Source of the DNA: a bacterium | GTDB lineage: Bacteria > Zixibacteria > MSB-5A5 > GN15 > FEB-12 | DNA length: 52,161 nt | Assembly (NCBI GenBank): GCA_029211095.1 | Contig: JARGFS010000002.1 | Location: 1 to 52,161, forward strand | Reading direction: 5' to 3' | Part shown: positions 46,903 through 52,161 of the stretch, piece after piece | Layout of the letters: the number at the start of each line of letters is the position of its first letter | How positions within the stretch are numbered: the stretch's first letter is position 1 | Translations under genes and position numbers: made by a program | Notes under the pieces: model-generated | Seen by the model: the letters and a program-made list of their open reading frames with translations, nothing else | What the model was told of the DNA's origin: nothing | Databases searched by the model: none

Positions 46903-47523
46903 TTACCGTTCTCCGGCGCCGTAGACCTTGTCAATAATTCCGTACTCGGTCGCTTCTTCGGCCGACATAAAGAAATTCCGGTCCGTGTCCACTTCAATCT
47001 TATCAAGCGTCTGTCCGGTATGGTGCACCAGCAAATCATTGAGTCGTTTCTTGGTCTTGGTGAACTCTTCGGTCATAATAACAATATCGGAGACCTGACC
47101 CTGGGTTCCGGCCAATGGCTGATGGATCATAATCCGGCTGTTGGGCAATGCGGCTCTCTTGCCATTGGTCCCGGCGGCCAGAAGGAAAGCGCCCATAGAG
47201 GCGGCGATTCCCATACAGGTGGTTGCAATGGGAGGCTTGATAAACTGCATAGTATCATAAATAGCCATTCCGGCCGTTACCGACCCACCCGGAGAATTGA
47301 TGTAGATATAAATATCCTTATCAGGATCTTCAGCTTCAAGGAAGAGCATCTGGGCAATGACGAGATTGGCAATATTGTCATCTATCGGAGAGCCGATAAA
47401 GATGATTCTGTCTTTGAGAAGCCGGGAAAAAATGTCATAGGCCCGTTCCCCGCGACCGGTCTGTTCGACCACCATTGGGACCAGGTGGTTGGCTCTGATT
47501 GTGTCGTCCATTACATCTTTCAT
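46903..47523 (-). CDS. clpP: ATP-dependent Clp protease proteolytic subunit ClpP
   Basis: [19 protein letters not shown] and the catalytic context [11 protein letters not shown]. Confidence 0.98.
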   Translation of the reverse strand: MKDVMDDTIRANHLVPMVVEQTGRGERAYDIFSRLLKDRIIFIGSPIDDNIANLVIAQMLFLEAEDPDKDIYIYINSPGGSVTAGMAIYDTMQFIKPPIATTCMGIAASMGAFLLAAGTNGKRAALPNSRIMIHQPLAGTQGQVSDIVIMTEEFTKTKKRLNDLLVHHTGQTLDKIEVDTDRNFFMSAEEATEYGIIDKVYGAGER

Positions 47524-47543
47524 TTCCGTCTGAGTCCTTTTCT

Positions 47544-48812
47544 CTATTTTTTAACCTCGACCACCTTCGCCTTGGCAATAAGGAAGTCCAGTACTTTTTC
47601 TTCCAGGATCGATTCGCCCAGGTTGGCGATCCGGCCCGATTGCTGTAAGGCCTGCTTGGCCTGCTCAACTGAAATCTTGTAGTTGTCAGCAAACTTCTTA
47701 ATCAGATTCTCGGTATCCTCGGGTAAAACTTTGAGGTTTTCCATCTCGGCCAGCTTATGAAAGATCATACCCCACCGGAAAGTATTCTCACCGATTGGGC
47801 GGTATTGGGTCCGGACAGATTCCTCGTCAAGCTCCGGGTTCTCTTTTTTCTGCTCTTCGATAACGCTGGCAAGATATTCTTCAACCGATGCTTTTGGCAC
47901 GGGCAGCTCATTTTTCTGGCACATCTGGCCGATTATCATGTTTTTCTGTTGCCTTCGGATCTGATCCTCTTTGTAGGTCTTAATATCTTCCCGAACCTTG
48001 ATTTTTAACTCCAGTGCGGTTTTGGCCATTCCGGTCCGTTCCGCAAAAGCATCATCCAACTCAGGAATAATCCGCTCATTTATCTCCTTGAGCTCGCAAC
48101 TATACTTTATCTGAGCGCCGGCGAATTTTTTATCCGTGTAATCTTCCGGGTAGTTGATTTCGATCTCTTTTTTGTCACCAATTTTCATGCCGGGAATTGA
48201 GTCCCGGAACTCTTTCATGGCCATCTGGTTGCCCAGATCAATCACCGACGCCGGAAATTCCGTGTCAGCCAGCACCATCTTGCTGTCCAGAATCTTGGTC
48301 AGATTAACAACAACAGTATCTCCCTCGGCGACCGGACGCTCGACTTTGCGAAGTTCAGCATGCTGTCGAAGCATGACCTGGGTCTGTTCTTCGACTTCTG
48401 CATCGGTAGCTTCAGTGTCAAGGGTGTGGATTTCGAGCCCCTCGGTGTCGATCTTCTCAATCTTGGGAAAGACCTCAACCTTAACGGTATAGCTCAGTAC
48501 GCCGTCATCGGCTAGCTCAGCCGAAGTCAGAGTAGGGTAGGAGGCCACGGCCAGTTCTTTCTCTCGCACGGCCTGGGAATAGCTCTGCTTGATTAGTTCA
48601 TCGATAACATCGCTTTTTACCTGTTCGCCGAAATTGGAAAGGATGATGTTTTTGGGTGCCTTACCTTTCCTGAACCCTTTTATCTGAGCATCCTTGCGCG
48701 CTTCGGCAATTTTGCTTTCAAAAAGCTCGTTATATTTTTCGGCAGGGACTTCAATCGACACCTCTCGGTTAATCTGATCGACTTCTTTAACATCAACGTT
48801 TTTCAGATTCAT
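47544..48812 (-). CDS. tig: Trigger factor
   Basis: The ribosome-binding motif is GFRKGKAP, followed by an FKBP-type PPIase middle domain. The gene lies upstream of clpP-clpX. Confidence 0.95.
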   Translation of the reverse strand: MNLKNVDVKEVDQINREVSIEVPAEKYNELFESKIAEARKDAQIKGFRKGKAPKNIILSNFGEQVKSDVIDELIKQSYSQAVREKELAVASYPTLTSAELADDGVLSYTVKVEVFPKIEKIDTEGLEIHTLDTEATDAEVEEQTQVMLRQHAELRKVERPVAEGDTVVVNLTKILDSKMVLADTEFPASVIDLGNQMAMKEFRDSIPGMKIGDKKEIEINYPEDYTDKKFAGAQIKYSCELKEINERIIPELDDAFAERTGMAKTALELKIKVREDIKTYKEDQIRRQQKNMIIGQMCQKNELPVPKASVEEYLASVIEEQKKENPELDEESVRTQYRPIGENTFRWGMIFHKLAEMENLKVLPEDTENLIKKFADNYKISVEQAKQALQQSGRIANLGESILEEKVLDFLIAKAKVVEVKK

Positions 48813-48859
48813 CAGCTTGTCCAGGTCCTTTAAGTTTGTTTTCGACAGTCAGTTACAAG

Positions 48860-48943
<84 letters not shown>

Positions 48944-48956
48944 AGAACAGTCCAAT

Positions 48957-48985
48957 AAATTACGATTATTGAGCGGAAATTGCAA
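48957..48985 (-). promoter_or_regulatory. Candidate sigma-70-type promoter for tRNA-Leu (and possibly tig-clpPX)
   Basis: On the minus strand, TTGCAA-N17-TAATTT ends about 13 nt upstream of the mature tRNA 5' end. Confidence 0.35.
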
Positions 48986-49106
48986 CGGCCAATTTCTTGG
49001 GTATCAAACTGGCCTCATAAGGGGTGGGCTGGAGCCGAGAACAGAATCCGAATACAATCAAATGCAGGTTAAAAAGCGTTTCACCTGCTACGGTCAGGGT
49101 TCAGAT

Positions 49107-51764
49107 TCATCTGTTCTCCAGCTCTTTTAGCCAGTTGACAACCACCGTGAACTCTCCGCCTCCGGCAGAAACCATGGGCGTGGCCAGGATAAACTCGTTT
49201 CGATCGCTGGTGACACAATAGCGATGCTTCCCAAATCCACTGCTGGTGAGTCTCTTATTAAAAAGTGTGTCCGGCTTGCCGATAGTCAGTTTTCCCGAGT
49301 AGCTAATGGGAGTGGCAATGAAATCCCAGTTTGGCGCAAAATAGTAAAGCTCTTTTCCGTCGGCACTCCACTGCGGATATCTTCCGCCTCCCGATGATAT
49401 CTGCCAGCGCCCCCCTCCGTCAACAAGCTCCAACACGTAAACTTCCGATTGACCAGACTCGTTTCCATAGTACGCCATGTACTTTCCATCAGGTGATATA
49501 TCGGGGGATCGCTCTGAATACGGTGTCTTGACAACAATTTCGCTGAAGCTGCTGTCTTGAGTGTCAAACTTGGCAATGTTCCAATCACTCTGGACCATTG
49601 GACCGTAAAGCCAGCGACCGTCGGCCGATCTTGAAATTGCTGCTACGTGAAGAGTATCATCTGAATGGACCAGAGTTGCTTCTCCCAGACCATTGACCGC
49701 CTTCTTAAACATCTTAAACAGTCCGGACTTATTATTGGAATAATGAATGTACTTCCCGTCTCCACTCCATAGTGGCGTGATATCTGCCGCCTCACTAAAT
49801 GTGATTCTTGTTCCTACGTCCCGCTCCAAATCATAAACCCAGATATCTGACTGATCGCCGTCATAGACGCTCATAGAGAGCTTGGATTCATCAGGAGAGA
49901 GAAAAATATCGTCAAACGACCCCGGTTCGCCAATCTGGCCAAGCTCTTTACCGGATCGATCTACCCTGATAATTTTATTGAACGAGATGGATGAATTGGT
50001 TTGAAAGGCCAGCGTTCCCTGATTGGAAAGACCAAACTCGGCCCGGTCAGCTTCACCAACTCCAACCTCATCCGTCAACGGTTTTGCTTCTCCGATAACT
50101 TCGAGCGTTCCCGGGTCAAACTTCTGTGCGAGAAGTATCCCATTCTTGAAATAGACCAGGAAACCGGGATCACAGTATTGTACTCGGGCATCGACCGGAA
50201 AGAGAGTGACAGCTTCACGAGTTTCAATATTTCCGACGCGGAGCAGGTAATTTCCGCCGATATCGGCCTTGTCACTCATTTGGGCAAGATATAGATAATT
50301 CTTCCCGTCCGGCAAAAACCAAGGCCAGGAGTGGGTGGTCTCGCCAGCCTCGCGATCAATACCGAGCAGTTGAGTTGGTGTCCCGCCGGAGGCAGCCACC
50401 ATGTACAGGGAGTCACCCGGTCCGGCATCGTAAATAATATAGCCGCCCGATCCCCAGGAGCCGTCTGCTCCCTGGGTGGTTTCACAAATCAGTTGGGCCG
50501 GTCCCCCGGCAACGGGCACTTTTTTCAACTGGCTGCGCCCGACAATAAAGGCGATCTGCTTGCTGTCGGGGGACCAGAAGGGTCGATTGGCTCCTTCGGT
50601 CCCGAGCAACGGATAGGACTCAAGCGAGTTCAGCGGTCGTATCCAGACCATACCTTTCCCTTCGGCATCGATTGCCTTGAAAGCCAGATACTCACCATTG
50701 GGAGATACGCAGGGCCAGCTCACTTGCGAAATGTCGGTCTGGGTCTTGATTTTGAAGCGAATGAGGTTCTGGTCCGGGACTTCATAAGTATACCAGAGAT
50801 AGGCAAAGAAAACCGCGGCCAGTCCGGTCAGCAACCCGAGCACACGAGCGAGCTTAAACTCAAATTTCCTCCGGGCCGCCACCTTGGCCGGCATGCCAAC
50901 TATTGAACCGGCCTGGGCGATCCAGCGAAGTTCATCGGCGAGATCGCGGGCCGACTGCCAGCGAGCTTCCGGGTTCTTGTTGAGACACTTGGTCACAATG
51001 CGGTCAAAAGCGGGGGGGATCATAGAGTTAACGGTTGAAACCGAAGTCGGTTCACGCTCAATAATTCCGGCAATCATGCTGGCCTGGCTCTGCCCTTCAA
51101 AAGCTTTTTTGCCGGTGGCCATTTCGTAGAGCAGGGCGCCAAATGCGAAAATGTCTGATCGGGAATCAGCCTCTTTTCCTTCAAGCTGCTCCGGTGACAT
51201 ATACTGAATTGTGCCGAGGATGGTCCCGGTTCCGGTCAGCGGCGTAGTCTGTGTGATAGCGGAAAGACCGTCAACACGGCCATCGGAAATCTGCACTTTG
51301 GCCAGTCCAAAATCGAGCAGCTTGGCGCCGGTACTGGTCAGCATGACATTGGCCGGTTTGAGGTCACGGTGGACCAACCCCTGCCCATGAGCCTTGTCCA
51401 GGGCGTCGGCAATCTGACCGGCAATCTGGAGCATTTCATTCAGTGGCATCGGGCCGCGCTTGACACGTTCTGAGAGCGTCTCTCCCTCAATATATTCCAT
51501 CACCAGATAGTTGTGCCCCTCCTCGTTCCCGATATCATGGAGAGTGCAGATATTGGGGTGATTGAGGCTGGAGATAGTCTTGGCTTCGCGTTCAAAACGC
51601 TGTTTGAGATCGGGATTGGCCGCAAAAGTGGGGGGGAGGACTTTGATAGCGACCGTACGGTCCAGACGGGTGTCTTTGGCTTTGAAAACTTCGCCCATTC
51701 CGCCGGCACCGGCCTGTTCAATTATCTCATACGGTCCAAGTTTCGCGCCCGGAGTTAGTGGCAT
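49107..51764 (-). CDS. Ser/Thr protein kinase fused through one TM helix to a TolB-like (PD40/WD40-like) beta-propeller region
   Basis: Hanks kinase motifs are [31 protein letters not shown] and [10 protein letters not shown]. The TM helix is [15 protein letters not shown]. The C-terminal 550 aa or so contain repeated ...SPDGK/SPNGE/SPDSK... propeller-blade motifs. Confidence 0.9.
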   Translation of the reverse strand: MPLTPGAKLGPYEIIEQAGAGGMGEVFKAKDTRLDRTVAIKVLPPTFAANPDLKQRFEREAKTISSLNHPNICTLHDIGNEEGHNYLVMEYIEGETLSERVKRGPMPLNEMLQIAGQIADALDKAHGQGLVHRDLKPANVMLTSTGAKLLDFGLAKVQISDGRVDGLSAITQTTPLTGTGTILGTIQYMSPEQLEGKEADSRSDIFAFGALLYEMATGKKAFEGQSQASMIAGIIEREPTSVSTVNSMIPPAFDRIVTKCLNKNPEARWQSARDLADELRWIAQAGSIVGMPAKVAARRKFEFKLARVLGLLTGLAAVFFAYLWYTYEVPDQNLIRFKIKTQTDISQVSWPCVSPNGEYLAFKAIDAEGKGMVWIRPLNSLESYPLLGTEGANRPFWSPDSKQIAFIVGRSQLKKVPVAGGPAQLICETTQGADGSWGSGGYIIYDAGPGDSLYMVAASGGTPTQLLGIDREAGETTHSWPWFLPDGKNYLYLAQMSDKADIGGNYLLRVGNIETREAVTLFPVDARVQYCDPGFLVYFKNGILLAQKFDPGTLEVIGEAKPLTDEVGVGEADRAEFGLSNQGTLAFQTNSSISFNKIIRVDRSGKELGQIGEPGSFDDIFLSPDESKLSMSVYDGDQSDIWVYDLERDVGTRITFSEAADITPLWSGDGKYIHYSNNKSGLFKMFKKAVNGLGEATLVHSDDTLHVAAISRSADGRWLYGPMVQSDWNIAKFDTQDSSFSEIVVKTPYSERSPDISPDGKYMAYYGNESGQSEVYVLELVDGGGRWQISSGGGRYPQWSADGKELYYFAPNWDFIATPISYSGKLTIGKPDTLFNKRLTSSGFGKHRYCVTSDRNEFILATPMVSAGGGEFTVVVNWLKELENR

Positions 51765-51903
51765 ATTTTTCCCAATCAGATTCTGGCCATAGCCGTTTAT
51801 GAAAACTCTAATTTACCAAGATAGGTCCACTCTACCAATTATCAAGTAAAATGTGCAGACCAGAAGCCGTTGGATATTGTAGGTCATTTATATACCGCAG
51901 ATG

Positions 51904-52161
51904 CTATAATAGGGGAACAAGTCCTTCTTCTGAGAGGTCAATACCATGTATTTGTTGGTTGAATCCCAAAACCTCAGGAAGATAGTAAACTGTGATTGAG
52001 TCAGCCTTGGCTTGCTTGAGCATTGTGCTGTCCAGTAAATAGACACATAATGGACTCTCTTCTGAGTTCGCCGCAGTCACTTGGATCTGTGGTTGCCACC
52101 ATGCTGCAACGATAATTGATTTGGGTGACAGTTTGGCCGCCGCTCGATTGATTTCTTCAAC
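51904..52161 (-). CDS. Possible 3' end of an unidentified ORF running off the window edge
   Basis: My own translation of the minus strand from 52161 is an open frame of 85 codons ending in TAG (...IIVAAWWQPQIQVTAANSEE...EEGLVPLL*). No motif recognised. It is absent from the ORF track because it has no in-window start codon. Confidence 0.25.
   Translation of the reverse strand, partial: VEEINRAAAKLSPKSIIVAAWWQPQIQVTAANSEESPLCVYLLDSTMLKQAKADSITVYYLPEVLGFNQQIHGIDLSEEGLVPLL

Overview
This is a densely coded bacterial chromosomal window of about 52 kb, roughly 50% GC by eye. I count about 47 protein genes and one tRNA, most of them housekeeping.

Gene content in order:
- Fe-S cluster genes: fdx, a DUF2480-like ORF, iscA, and a divergent Rrf2/IscR-like regulator.
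- Cofactor and respiration genes: pdxS/pdxT, lipA-ispH, an orphan ccmF, a Rieske protein, an O-methyltransferase, an ArsC/Spx-like protein and ETF-QO.
- Envelope and metabolism genes: ppiD, a long M23 peptidase, a rhomboid protease, maeB and mreB.
- An ECF sigma/anti-sigma pair with two LTxxQ periplasmic proteins.
- A gap-free same-strand array running rnr, sigma-54 activator, three uncharacterised envelope proteins, then a dGTPase-like hydrolase.
- Small orphan genes, then an M20 amidohydrolase, a beta-propeller lipoprotein, YbbR, tsaD, a DUF2723 membrane protein, a CPA1 antiporter, pspC and dinB.
- The conserved tRNA-Leu, tig, clpP, clpX block, followed by a Ser/Thr kinase fused to a TolB-like propeller.

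The domain repertoire (FlgD-Ig/T9SS-like C-terminal domain, lamin-tail domains, DUF2480/DUF4846/DUF2723-like proteins) suggests an uncultured FCB-superphylum-like lineage. That is inference only.

I saw no transposase, integrase, phage gene, CRISPR array or recognisable defence operon.

Best candidates for something undescribed:
1. The sigma-54-activator-linked, translationally coupled three-gene envelope cassette at 26.3-31.75 kb. A sigma-54-like promoter motif sits upstream of the whole array.
2. A 514-bp intergenic mosaic of hairpin repeats at 45.05-45.57 kb. One of its modules recurs in inverted orientation at the window's 5' edge.
3. An orphan YraN-like PD-(D/E)xK-fold gene on the opposite strand at 32.9-33.4 kb.

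All functional claims rest on motif recognition in the supplied translations. No database search was run.
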